DNA from: Clostridiales bacterium
GTDB lineage: Bacteria > Bacillota > Clostridia > Oscillospirales > JAAYXM01
NCBI GenBank assembly: GCA_012515925.1
Contig: JAAYXM010000196.1
Location: forward strand, 1-41,393
DNA length: 41,393 nt
Direction: 5' to 3'
Positions 1 through 7,716 of this stretch are shown here, piece after piece; the first letter of the stretch is position 1, and the number at the start of each line of letters is the position of its first letter. A program made the position numbers and the translations under genes. The notes under the pieces are model-generated. The model had not been told where the DNA came from. It was given only the letters and a program-made list of their open reading frames with translations, and searched no databases.

Positions 1-878
1 AAAAAGTGCTTGAGGCGATAGAGCGCTTAAACTACACGCCTAATATGCAGGGGCGGCACCTGCGAAAATCCAGAACAAAATGCGCGGCCGTATTTATTGA
101 CAAAAGCCCGGGAGCAAACTGCTTCAGGGTTATCGAGGGTATCGAGGAATGCGCGCGGGAAGGCGGGTATACGGTTATTATCTGCGTGACGGGTGGCGGC
201 GGAGAAGCGAGAGGCTTCGACCTGCTGTTTAACGGGACGGCGGACGGCGCGATATTGCTTTCGAGTATGTTAAATCGCGGGGAAATACATAAGCTCGCGG
301 GGAGGTTTCCGGTTATAAGCTGCTTCGAGCCGGCTTATGCCGACGGGCTGTGTTATGTCGGAATCGATTATAATAAAGCCTGCCGCGACGCGGCGGAATA
401 CCTGATAAAGACTCCGCGGCGCAGGATTGCGCTTCTTAATCCGGAAAACACAAGCGAATCCGCAAGAGCACGCGTGCAAGGATACAGTGAGGCTCTCGAA
501 GCTTCCGGCATTTCTTACGACGGCACGCTTGTGTTTTCGGAAGGGTGTTCGTTTAAGGCGGGGATAATCGCCGCCAAAAAGATGCTTTTGGGGTTTACGC
601 GTCCCGACGCGGTGATTGCCTGCTCGGATAACGCCGCGACAGGCGCGATAAAACAGCTGTCAACGCTCGGAATATCGGTTCCCGGCGACGTATCGGTTAT
701 AGGCTTCGGGGATTCCGAAGCCGCCGAAATGTTTACTCCTTCACTTACAACAATAAGCCTGCCGCTTTTTGATATGGGCTATAACGCGATGGATTTGCTT
801 ATCCGGCGGCTTAACGGCAGGCAGACAAGGAAAAACCTGATACTCCCGCATAGCTTAATCATAAGACAATCGGCATAA
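1..878 (+). CDS. LacI/GalR-family transcriptional regulator, 5' end cut by the window edge
   Basis: ORF 6..878 opens in the tail of a LacI-type HTH/hinge (LEAIERLNYTPNMQGRHLR). A periplasmic-binding-protein-like sugar-binding core follows (ACSDNAATGAIKQL, VIGFGD). The frame is open to the left edge. Confidence 0.8.
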   Translation, partial: KVLEAIERLNYTPNMQGRHLRKSRTKCAAVFIDKSPGANCFRVIEGIEECAREGGYTVIICVTGGGGEARGFDLLFNGTADGAILLSSMLNRGEIHKLAGRFPVISCFEPAYADGLCYVGIDYNKACRDAAEYLIKTPRRRIALLNPENTSESARARVQGYSEALEASGISYDGTLVFSEGCSFKAGIIAAKKMLLGFTRPDAVIACSDNAATGAIKQLSTLGISVPGDVSVIGFGDSEAAEMFTPSLTTISLPLFDMGYNAMDLLIRRLNGRQTRKNLILPHSLIIRQSA

Positions 879-882
879 GTTA

Positions 883-912
883 GCAGGGCAGGCTGAAAAC
901 CGCCTGCCTTGC
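883..912 (+). terminator. GC-rich hairpin just after the LacI-family stop codon; no U-run follows
   Basis: GCAGGGCAGGC (883-893) pairs with GCCTGCCTTGC (902-912) around the loop TGAAAACC. It is not followed by a T tract, so it is a weak or atypical terminator. Confidence 0.35.
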
Positions 913-1062
913 CGCGCGTACCGAAGCTTATTTAATCGTATTATACAATTTGTATATTGTATTTTTTTCCATTACAAACTTTGTGCATACTAACAATTTT
1001 TTTAACTGTTATTACCATATCGGAGTTATTAAACCCAAAATTGCTTCAGTGGATAAAAGAAT

Positions 1063-1095
1063 AAAACCCTTGAAAAACAAGGGTTTTATTTTTAT
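1063..1095. terminator. Bidirectional intrinsic-terminator-like hairpin
   Basis: AAAACCCTTG (1063-1072) pairs with CAAGGGTTTT (1078-1087) around the loop AAAAA. ATTTTTAT follows on the plus strand, and the A-run gives a U-run on the minus strand. Confidence 0.5.
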
Positions 1096-1098
1096 AAT
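1070..1098 (+). promoter_or_regulatory. Near-consensus sigma-A-type promoter with no downstream ORF
   Basis: TTGAAA (1070-1075), a 17-nt spacer, then TATAAT (1093-1098). It points into the ORF-free spacer that holds the DnaA boxes. Confidence 0.4.
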
Positions 1099-1183
1099 AT
1101 TGCCTTAAAATTATTACCGAAATGCTTATCGTGAAAATTATCCGGTTTACGTAACAAGCCGCAATTTGCCGTTCAACAAAAAG

Positions 1184-1201
1184 TTATCCACATTATCCAC
1201 A
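1184..1201 (+). promoter_or_regulatory. Two abutting perfect DnaA boxes (TTATCCACA TTATCCACA)
   Basis: Exact 9-mers at 1184-1192 and 1193-1201. One-mismatch boxes lie at 1296-1304 (TTCTCCACA) and at 1048-1056 (AGTGGATAA, which is TTATCCACT on the minus strand). Confidence 0.75.
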
Positions 1202-1477
1202 GAGTTTTACACAGGCATATACCCATTGATTTTTAAGGCTTTACACGGTTTTGTGGAAATAATTAACAGGCTTTGAAACCCGAACTGCGTTACGGTTCTC
1301 CACATGTTTATCCGTTTACATAATACGGTTTTATACTATGAAACACCCTCACCGTCATTTTGACTTTTCCGCGAGGCAGATAACACATCGGGTTAACGGG
1401 TATTTAACACGCGCGGGAAAGCGGGCAATACACTCGCGGCACAGTGGGACAGACAGTGTCGCTGCGTACCGGGATTA

Positions 1478-1530
1478 ATAATAAAAATTAAAAACGGCAT
1501 TGAAAAACCGGCCTTCAATGTCGTTTTCTT
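1478..1530. terminator. Bidirectional intrinsic terminator downstream of tsaD
   Basis: Stem CGGCATTGAA (1495-1504) pairs with TTCAATGTCG (1514-1523). On the minus strand TTTTTAATTTTTAT follows; on the plus strand TTTTCTT follows. Confidence 0.7.
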
Positions 1531-1556
1531 CCGTGTCGCAAATAGTTTAAAAGCCT

Positions 1557-2573
1557 TTATCTGACAAGCTCATCGCAGGGCATCGTCGCATAGGCGTTCA
1601 AGTCGCTTCCCGCCGTGTTTCCCGCCAGAAGCTCGTAATACGCCTGGCAGGCTATCATCGCGGCGTTATCGCCGCAAAGCCCGATTGGAGGCAGATACAG
1701 GCTTATGTTATGCTTTGCCGCGGCACGCGTCAAGTCAGACCTGATTCTTGAATTTGCCGCCACCCCGCCGGCCACGGCAAGCTTGCTGCGCCCCGCGGTT
1801 TTCGCGGCCTCAATCGCGCGCGGCACGAGCACATCGCTTACCGCCGCGGAAAAGCTTGCCGCGACGGACTTGGCGTCAGGTTCCTCGCCTTTTTGCCTTA
1901 TATTGTGAATTAAGTTTATTACCGCTGTTTTAAGCCCCGAAAACGACATGTCGAGACTCGACCCGTCGATGCTCGCGCGGGGAAGCGGGTATTTCTTATC
2001 GTCCCCGCCTTGTGCCAGCTTGTCAAGCTCGGCACCGCCCGGGTAACCGAACCCCAGCATCCGCGCGCATTTGTCGAACGCCTCTCCGGCGGCGTCGTCA
2101 CGGGTCTCGCCAAGTATTCTAAAATCCGTATAGTCTCTGACGTCGATAAGCTGGGTATGTCCGCCGGACGCGACAAGGCATAAAAACGGCGGCTCAAGCT
2201 CCGGAAACGCTATTAAATTCGCGGCTATATGCCCGCGAATGTGATGTACCGGGACAAGCGGCAAATCAAGCGCGAATGAAAGCGCCTTCGCAAAGCCGAC
2301 GCCCACTAAAAGCGCGCCGATTAATCCGGGCGCGTACGTCACGGCTATCGCGTCGAGAGACGTCATGTCAATGCCCGCGTCACTAATCGCGCGCTCCGCG
2401 ATTTGCACGACGCACTCGATATGTCTCCTTGACGCGATTTCCGGCACGACTCCGCCGTAAAGCTCATGTATATCCGCCTGTGACGCGACGCATGAGGAAA
2501 GGATCTCCCTACCGTTTCGCGATACCGCCGCGGCGGTTTCGTCACAGGATGTTTCAATCGCGAGTATCGTCAT
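1557..2573 (-). CDS. tsaD: tRNA N6-adenosine threonylcarbamoyltransferase TsaD
   Basis: Starts MTILAIETSCDETAAAV, the canonical TsaD/Kae1 N-terminus, and carries the HHIRGH metal-binding motif. I use the ATG at 2573, which has an AGGTG Shine-Dalgarno 6 nt upstream. The track ORF begins 3 codons earlier at a GTG. Confidence 0.93.
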   Translation of the reverse strand: MTILAIETSCDETAAAVSRNGREILSSCVASQADIHELYGGVVPEIASRRHIECVVQIAERAISDAGIDMTSLDAIAVTYAPGLIGALLVGVGFAKALSFALDLPLVPVHHIRGHIAANLIAFPELEPPFLCLVASGGHTQLIDVRDYTDFRILGETRDDAAGEAFDKCARMLGFGYPGGAELDKLAQGGDDKKYPLPRASIDGSSLDMSFSGLKTAVINLIHNIRQKGEEPDAKSVAASFSAAVSDVLVPRAIEAAKTAGRSKLAVAGGVAANSRIRSDLTRAAAKHNISLYLPPIGLCGDNAAMIACQAYYELLAGNTAGSDLNAYATMPCDELVR

Positions 2574-2597
2574 ATAAAGCACCTGTTTCTTATACTT

Positions 2598-3059
2598 TTA
2601 AAAACTCTGAATTTCGGCCGTCATAATATCCGCGTCCTCGTCCGGGTTTTTGTAATAGCCCGGGCGTTCGCCGGTTTTCTTAAATCCCCGGCTTGAATAC
2701 AGCGATATGGCGGGAAGGTTCCCGCGTCTCACCTCAAGCGTCAGGTATTTAAGATTGCGCTCCGCCGCTTCCCGCGTAAGGGCCGAAAGCAGCGCCGCCC
2801 CAATCCCGCGCCGTCGCATCCCGGGCGCGACCGCGATATTGGTTATATATCCGGTATCGAGCACGAAATCGGCGCCGATATAGCCCAATACGCCGTTATC
2901 CGAAACCGCGGCCAGATACACACCCGTGGGAGAAGAAATAGCGTCACGCAGCATGCGCGGGCTCCAGGGCACGGAAAAGCATTCAATCTCAAGCCTCGCG
3001 ACCTCGGGTATATGCTCTTCGCTCATCGGGAGAATTTTAAACTCAGGCTTTCGCGTCAT
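2598..3059 (-). CDS. rimI: Ribosomal-protein-alanine N-acetyltransferase (GNAT), RimI-like
   Basis: 153-aa GNAT fold with the acetyl-CoA motif RRRGIGAALL, placed directly upstream of tsaD as in the ydiD-gcp arrangement. It overlaps the polA stop by 17 nt. Confidence 0.8.
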   Translation of the reverse strand: MTRKPEFKILPMSEEHIPEVARLEIECFSVPWSPRMLRDAISSPTGVYLAAVSDNGVLGYIGADFVLDTGYITNIAVAPGMRRRGIGAALLSALTREAAERNLKYLTLEVRRGNLPAISLYSSRGFKKTGERPGYYKNPDEDADIMTAEIQSF

Positions 3060-5676
3060 ACCACGTATCCCCCATACCCGCGTCCGCGACCAGCGGGACG
3101 GACAGCGCGCACGCGCCCTCCATTTCCTCCTTTACAAGCCTTCGCACATACTCCGCCTCGGTTTTTTTCGCCTCGACGATAAGCTCGTCGTGCACCTGCA
3201 GCACAAGACGGGACTCGAGCTTCTCACTTATCAGACGGTTATAAATTCTGACCATCGCTATTTTAATTATATCCGCGGCGGTTCCCTGTATGGGTGTGTT
3301 GAGCGCCACGCGCTCGCCGAACGAACGGATATTATGATTTTTCGAATTGAGCTCGGGCAAATCGCGCCTTCTGCCGAAAACCGTCGTGACATACCCGTCG
3401 CGCTTAGCCCTCTCAATAATATCCTTCATATACGCCCTGACTCCCGAATACTTTTCAAGATAGTTTTCGATATACCTTTTTGCCTGGTAAACGCCGATAT
3501 TCAAGTCCTGGGCAAGCGAAAAATCCGAGATTCCGTAGACAATCCCGAAATTAACCGCCTTTGCCGCGCGGCGCATCTCGGAATCCACCATGGCTTCGGG
3601 CACACCGAAAACCTGCGAGGCGGTAATCGTATGGATATCACTTCCCGTGATAAACGCGTTTTTCATAACCTCGTCGTCCGCGATATGCGCCAGAACCCGA
3701 AGCTCAATCTGGGAATAGTCGGCGTCAATCAGGGTCCAGTCGGAGCTTTCGGGTACAAACAGCTTTCTTATCTCACCGCCGAGCTCATACCTGATCGGTA
3801 TGTTCTGCAGATTGGGCTCGGTGGAGCTTATTCTTCCCGTCGCGGTCATCATCTGCTTGAAATTCGAGTGGATACGCCCGTCGGCGGCGGAGATTTCCTT
3901 AATCAGCCCGTCCACATAAGTGGATTTAAGCTTTGAATATTTCCTGTAATCGATTAAAAGCGGAACAATCCCGTGCATGTCCTTAAGCTTTTCAAGCACC
4001 TCGATATCCGTGGAGTAGCCGGTTTTCGTCTTCTTTACCGCGGGGAGCATCAGCTTTTCGAACAAAACCTCGCCCAACTGCTTTGGCGAGAGGATATTGA
4101 ATTCAAACCCGGAAAGCTCAAAAACGCGCTCGGCGATATCCTCCATTCGCTCCCGCATATCTTCGCCGAACTTAAGCAGCGTCTTCCCGTCAACCTTAAA
4201 CCCGGTAATCTGCATATCCGCGAGCACGCGGCAGAGCGGCAGCTCAATGTCCGCGTAGAGCTTTTCCATATCCAGCTCCTTAAGGCGGGATTTCAAGCTC
4301 TCCCCGATTATGCCCGTCGCGCGGGCGGCGGCGATAAGAGCCTCTTTTGCTTTACCGAAGTCGCCCAGTGCCGAAAACGCGCCGTCCCGGCTGTATTCAG
4401 ACTCGTCAACCGGGATATCCGGGCATATATCCTTTGAGACCTCGTCAAGTGAATATGATTTTTTAAGAGGGTCGGCAAGATACGCGGCGAGCGCCGTGTC
4501 GGACACAAACCCGGAAGCTGTGATTCCGTCGCGGTTTAAAGCGACGATATATGCTTTTATATCATGGGCGGTCTTTTTGACTCTGTCCGAAAACAAAAGC
4601 CTTAAAAACCCGTCATACTCCGCTTTCCCGAAATCCCGCGCGCAAACCGAAACGCCCCGGCTTCCGAAATCCAGGGCGACCGCGTCAAAGCCCGGCGCGC
4701 ACGCGACGGACACATTGGCGGAGCTTTCAAGCTCCCGTATAAGCTTTTCGAGCACCTCCGGCGTTTTAACCTCCCCGGTATCGTATGCGGGGCGAACCGC
4801 TGTTATCTCCTCTGTTAGCCCGAGCCTTTTAATAAGGCTTTGGAATTCAAGGTCGCGAAAAAGCTCAAGTAGCTCTTTGCGGTCGTATTCCATAAGGCCT
4901 GACGGAGTAAATTCTATCGGCACGTTTAAATCTATTGTGGCGAGCCTTTTCGATAAAAACGCGCTGTCTTTGCCGTTTACAAGCTTGCTTCTGACCGACT
5001 CTTTTATGTCAAGACTGTCTATGTTCTCATATATATCCTCGATGCAGCCGTGGTTTCTGACAAGCTCCAGGGCGGTCTTTTCGCCGATACCCGCGACACC
5101 CGGGATATTGTCGGACGAGTCGCCCATAAGGCCCTTTAAATCCTTCATGCGCTCGGCTTTAATACCGTATTTCTCAAGCAGCGCATTCTCGTCGTATATC
5201 GCAGTCTCGGTCCCGCCCTTGCCCGTCGAGACAAGGAGTACGCTGGTACCCGGGTTCGCGATAAGCTGAAAGCTGTCGCGGTCACCCGTGACAATCTCGC
5301 ACGCGTAGCCTTTTTCGGCGCAGATTCGGCTTATCGTGCCGATAATATCGTCCGCCTCGAAGCCGGAAAGCTCAAGTCTTTTTACGTTCATCGCGTCAAG
5401 CACGCGCTTTATGACCGGCACCTGCTCGGCAAGCTCGTCCGGCATGCCCTTGCGCTTCGCCTTATAGCCTTCAAATTCGGTATGCCTGAACGTCGGGGCC
5501 TTCAAATCGAACGCGACGCATACATCGTCGGGCTTTCGCTCCTCGATAAGCTTCAGGTAAATCATCAGAAAGCCGTAAACCGCGTTGGTATACCTGCCGT
5601 CTCTCGTTGTCAGCGCGCGAACGCCGTAAAACGCGCGGTTTAATATGCTGTTGCCGTCAATCACCATTACCTTCAA
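3043..5676 (-). CDS. polA: DNA polymerase I
   Basis: 5' nuclease domain (VIDGNSILNRAFYG, GDSSDNIPGV) and polymerase motifs (DYSQIELRVLAH, QVHDELI). The exonuclease-like region resembles Bst-type PolI (DTALAAYLADP) and shows no obvious ExoI DxE. The probable start is the TTG at 5676, with GGAGGA 8 nt upstream; the ATG at 5667 is the alternative. The track ORF start at 5751 would overlap cysS and cross its terminator. Confidence 0.93.
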   Translation of the reverse strand: MKVMVIDGNSILNRAFYGVRALTTRDGRYTNAVYGFLMIYLKLIEERKPDDVCVAFDLKAPTFRHTEFEGYKAKRKGMPDELAEQVPVIKRVLDAMNVKRLELSGFEADDIIGTISRICAEKGYACEIVTGDRDSFQLIANPGTSVLLVSTGKGGTETAIYDENALLEKYGIKAERMKDLKGLMGDSSDNIPGVAGIGEKTALELVRNHGCIEDIYENIDSLDIKESVRSKLVNGKDSAFLSKRLATIDLNVPIEFTPSGLMEYDRKELLELFRDLEFQSLIKRLGLTEEITAVRPAYDTGEVKTPEVLEKLIRELESSANVSVACAPGFDAVALDFGSRGVSVCARDFGKAEYDGFLRLLFSDRVKKTAHDIKAYIVALNRDGITASGFVSDTALAAYLADPLKKSYSLDEVSKDICPDIPVDESEYSRDGAFSALGDFGKAKEALIAAARATGIIGESLKSRLKELDMEKLYADIELPLCRVLADMQITGFKVDGKTLLKFGEDMRERMEDIAERVFELSGFEFNILSPKQLGEVLFEKLMLPAVKKTKTGYSTDIEVLEKLKDMHGIVPLLIDYRKYSKLKSTYVDGLIKEISAADGRIHSNFKQMMTATGRISSTEPNLQNIPIRYELGGEIRKLFVPESSDWTLIDADYSQIELRVLAHIADDEVMKNAFITGSDIHTITASQVFGVPEAMVDSEMRRAAKAVNFGIVYGISDFSLAQDLNIGVYQAKRYIENYLEKYSGVRAYMKDIIERAKRDGYVTTVFGRRRDLPELNSKNHNIRSFGERVALNTPIQGTAADIIKIAMVRIYNRLISEKLESRLVLQVHDELIVEAKKTEAEYVRRLVKEEMEGACALSVPLVADAGMGDTWYDAKA

Positions 5677-5693
5677 GAGCTGTATCCTCCAGT

Positions 5694-5728
5694 TTAAAAA
5701 AGCTTTCGGTCGGGATAATACCCGACCG
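5694..5728 (-). terminator. Intrinsic terminator after cysS
   Basis: On the minus strand, CGGTCGGG-TATTAT-CCCGACCG is followed by AAAGCTTTTTT. Confidence 0.65.
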
Positions 5729-5735
5729 CATTTGT

Positions 5736-7133
5736 TTATATTCTGTGCCACTTAACGCCCTGGGGCGTATCCTCCAGAACTATGCCGCGGCTTTTCAGCT
5801 CATCGCGTATACGGTCGGCTTCCGCAAAATCGCGGTTTTTGCGCGCGAGGCTTCGCTTTTCGATAAGTGCCTCTATCTCGGCGGAAAGCTCATCCTCATC
5901 GTCCCGGCGCATAAGCCCCAGAACGTCCGCGAGCTCGTACAGCCGCTCAAGACACGCTTTCGCGAATTCTACCTTCGGCGTATTGTTAACCAGTATATTT
6001 ATATCGCGCACAAGCTCGAATATCGCTGCAACGGCGTCCGCGGTGTTTAAATCATCGTCCATCGCGCCGATAAACGCTTCCCTGTTTTTGTCAAGTCCTG
6101 AAAGAACGCTGTTGTCATTACCGTCAAGCTCGCCGCGCTCGCCGTTTTCCGCGATAAACTCAAGATTCCGCTTCGCGGTGTATAACCGTTCAAGTGCCGC
6201 GGAAGCCTGAGTCATCGAATCGACCGAGTAATTGAGCGGGCTTCTGTAATGGGCGGAGAGCATGAAAAAGCGTATGGGCTCATAGCCGTATTTTTCGGCT
6301 ATCTCGCGTACAGTAAGGAAATTGCCGAGGGACTTGCTCATTTTCTGGTTGTCTATATTCAAAAACGCGTTGTGCAGCCAGAAGTTAGCGAACCTGCAGC
6401 CGTTTGCCGCCTCGCTCTGGGCGATTTCGTTCTCATGGTGCGGAAACTTTAAATCCACGCCGCCGCTGTGTATGTCGATTGTCGGTCCGAGATAGCGGTT
6501 TGCCATAGCGCTGCATTCGATATGCCAGCCCGGCCTGCCGCGGCCCCACGGCGAGTCCCACGCGGGCTCTCCCAGCTTCGCCGCCTTCCAAAGCGCGAAA
6601 TCAATCGGGTGCTCCTTGCGCTCGTCCACCTCTATCCTCGCGCCCGAAACAAGGTCCTCTATCGGCTGCTTCGAGAGCTTCCCGTAATCGGTAAACTTGA
6701 GCGCGCGGAAATACACGTCCCCGTTAACCTCGTACGCGTAGCCGGTCTCAAACAGTTTTTCGACAAGCTCGATTATCGCGTCGATGTTTTCTGTAGCGCG
6801 CGGGTGTATCGAGGCCTTACGTATGCCGAGCCCTTTCGCGTCCTTGTAATACTCATCGATATACCTGTTCGCGATTTCGAGATAATCAAGACCCAGCTCG
6901 TTCGCCCGTGCGATGACCTTATCGTCTATGTCCGTAAAGTTCTGGACAAACACGACGTTATATCCGCGGTATTCCAGATAACGCCGCAGCACGTCGAAAA
7001 CAATAAACGGCCTCGCGTTGCCGATATGAAAATAGTTGTAAACCGTCGGGCCGCAGGAATAAATTGTGACCTTATCACCCGCAATCGGTTTAAACTCTTC
7101 TTTTTGTTTTGTAATCGAATTATAAAGCTTCAT
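5736..7133 (-). CDS. cysS: Cysteine--tRNA ligase
   Basis: Class I aaRS signatures: HIGNARP (HIGH motif) and KMSKSLGN (KMSKS motif). At 465 aa it has typical CysS length and layout. Confidence 0.95.
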   Translation of the reverse strand: MKLYNSITKQKEEFKPIAGDKVTIYSCGPTVYNYFHIGNARPFIVFDVLRRYLEYRGYNVVFVQNFTDIDDKVIARANELGLDYLEIANRYIDEYYKDAKGLGIRKASIHPRATENIDAIIELVEKLFETGYAYEVNGDVYFRALKFTDYGKLSKQPIEDLVSGARIEVDERKEHPIDFALWKAAKLGEPAWDSPWGRGRPGWHIECSAMANRYLGPTIDIHSGGVDLKFPHHENEIAQSEAANGCRFANFWLHNAFLNIDNQKMSKSLGNFLTVREIAEKYGYEPIRFFMLSAHYRSPLNYSVDSMTQASAALERLYTAKRNLEFIAENGERGELDGNDNSVLSGLDKNREAFIGAMDDDLNTADAVAAIFELVRDINILVNNTPKVEFAKACLERLYELADVLGLMRRDDEDELSAEIEALIEKRSLARKNRDFAEADRIRDELKSRGIVLEDTPQGVKWHRI

Positions 7134-7161
7134 ATAACGCTCCTTGATTCTTGCTTAAAAT

Positions 7162-7713
7162 TTATTTCTGCCGGAGCCCGAGCAGCCTGCCCAGCCCCCG
7201 GAAATATTCGATACCCGATATGACCGTGACTATTACCATAATCAATACCGCGGCGTTTCCGACGGTGTACCGCGTGCCGAATAAGCTGTACCCGCCGAGC
7301 GGCGTAAGCAGCAGCGTTATCGAAATAATCTGCACCACGGTCTTTATTTTGCCTGAAAGCCGCGCCGATACCACAACGCCCTCGCCCATCGCGACGATAC
7401 GCAGCGAGGTGACGACAAATTCCCGTGTTATGATAATCATCGCGGAAACGCATGACATGAGCCCTTTTTGCACAAACACAAGTATCGCGGCGGTTACAAG
7501 CAGCTTATCCGCGAGCGGGTCCAAAAACTTCCCGAGCGTCGTTATCTGATTGTAGCGCCGCGCAATATACCCGTCTATACCGTCCGTAATGCTCGCGACG
7601 ATAAAAATAGCGAGCGCCAGCGTCTTTCCGTACGGGAATCCGGAAAGAGCCGCGACCATGAACACGGGTGTCAGAAGTATTCTTACAATTGTAATTATAT
7701 TAGCTGCTGTCAC
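7162..7713 (-). CDS. pgsA: CDP-diacylglycerol--glycerol-3-phosphate 3-phosphatidyltransferase
   Basis: CDP-alcohol phosphatidyltransferase motif DGIDGYIARRYNQITTLGKFLDPLADK in a 183-aa multi-TM protein. Confidence 0.88.
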   Translation of the reverse strand: MTAANIITIVRILLTPVFMVAALSGFPYGKTLALAIFIVASITDGIDGYIARRYNQITTLGKFLDPLADKLLVTAAILVFVQKGLMSCVSAMIIITREFVVTSLRIVAMGEGVVVSARLSGKIKTVVQIISITLLLTPLGGYSLFGTRYTVGNAAVLIMVIVTVISGIEYFRGLGRLLGLRQK

Positions 7714-7716
7714 GGC

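Noticed and set aside
1339-1479. A 46-codon ORF downstream of the DnaA boxes. It was tempting as an Sda-like, DnaA-controlled small checkpoint protein.
   Set aside because: It has no Shine-Dalgarno. Its His/Arg-rich sequence (MKHPHRHFDFSARQ...) has no resemblance to Sda as I remember it. Nothing supports translation.
879-1556. The DnaA-box spacer as the chromosomal origin (oriC).
   Set aside because: No dnaA, dnaN, rpmH or other origin-proximal genes are nearby. The flanking genes converge on the spacer instead of diverging from it. Only about four good boxes are present. A secondary DnaA-box cluster is the more conservative reading.
2926-5269. Long plus-strand ORFs (336 aa at 2926-3936, 154 aa at 3973-4437, 319 aa at 4310-5269) antisense to polA. 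Similar shadow ORFs lie opposite cysS (6468-7223), recA, relA (29675-30556 and 30995-31888), hemZ, glmS, trpB2 and the ABC genes.
   Set aside because: They lie entirely within, or mostly antisense to, strongly recognisable genes. Their composition is low-complexity and rich in Arg, Ser and Pro. They have no Shine-Dalgarno context. These are typical antisense open frames in GC-rich coding DNA.
5677-5751. N-terminal extensions in the ORF track. These affect polA to 5751, the lipoprotein to 16085, yabQ to 19832, yabP to 20085, punA to 25585, the zinc-ribbon protein to 25959, ecfT to 35068 and trpB2 to 36527.
   Set aside because: The extensions overlap upstream genes, terminators or the T-box terminator, and they lack Shine-Dalgarno sequences. 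The internal starts restore canonical family N-termini and have good Shine-Dalgarno spacing.
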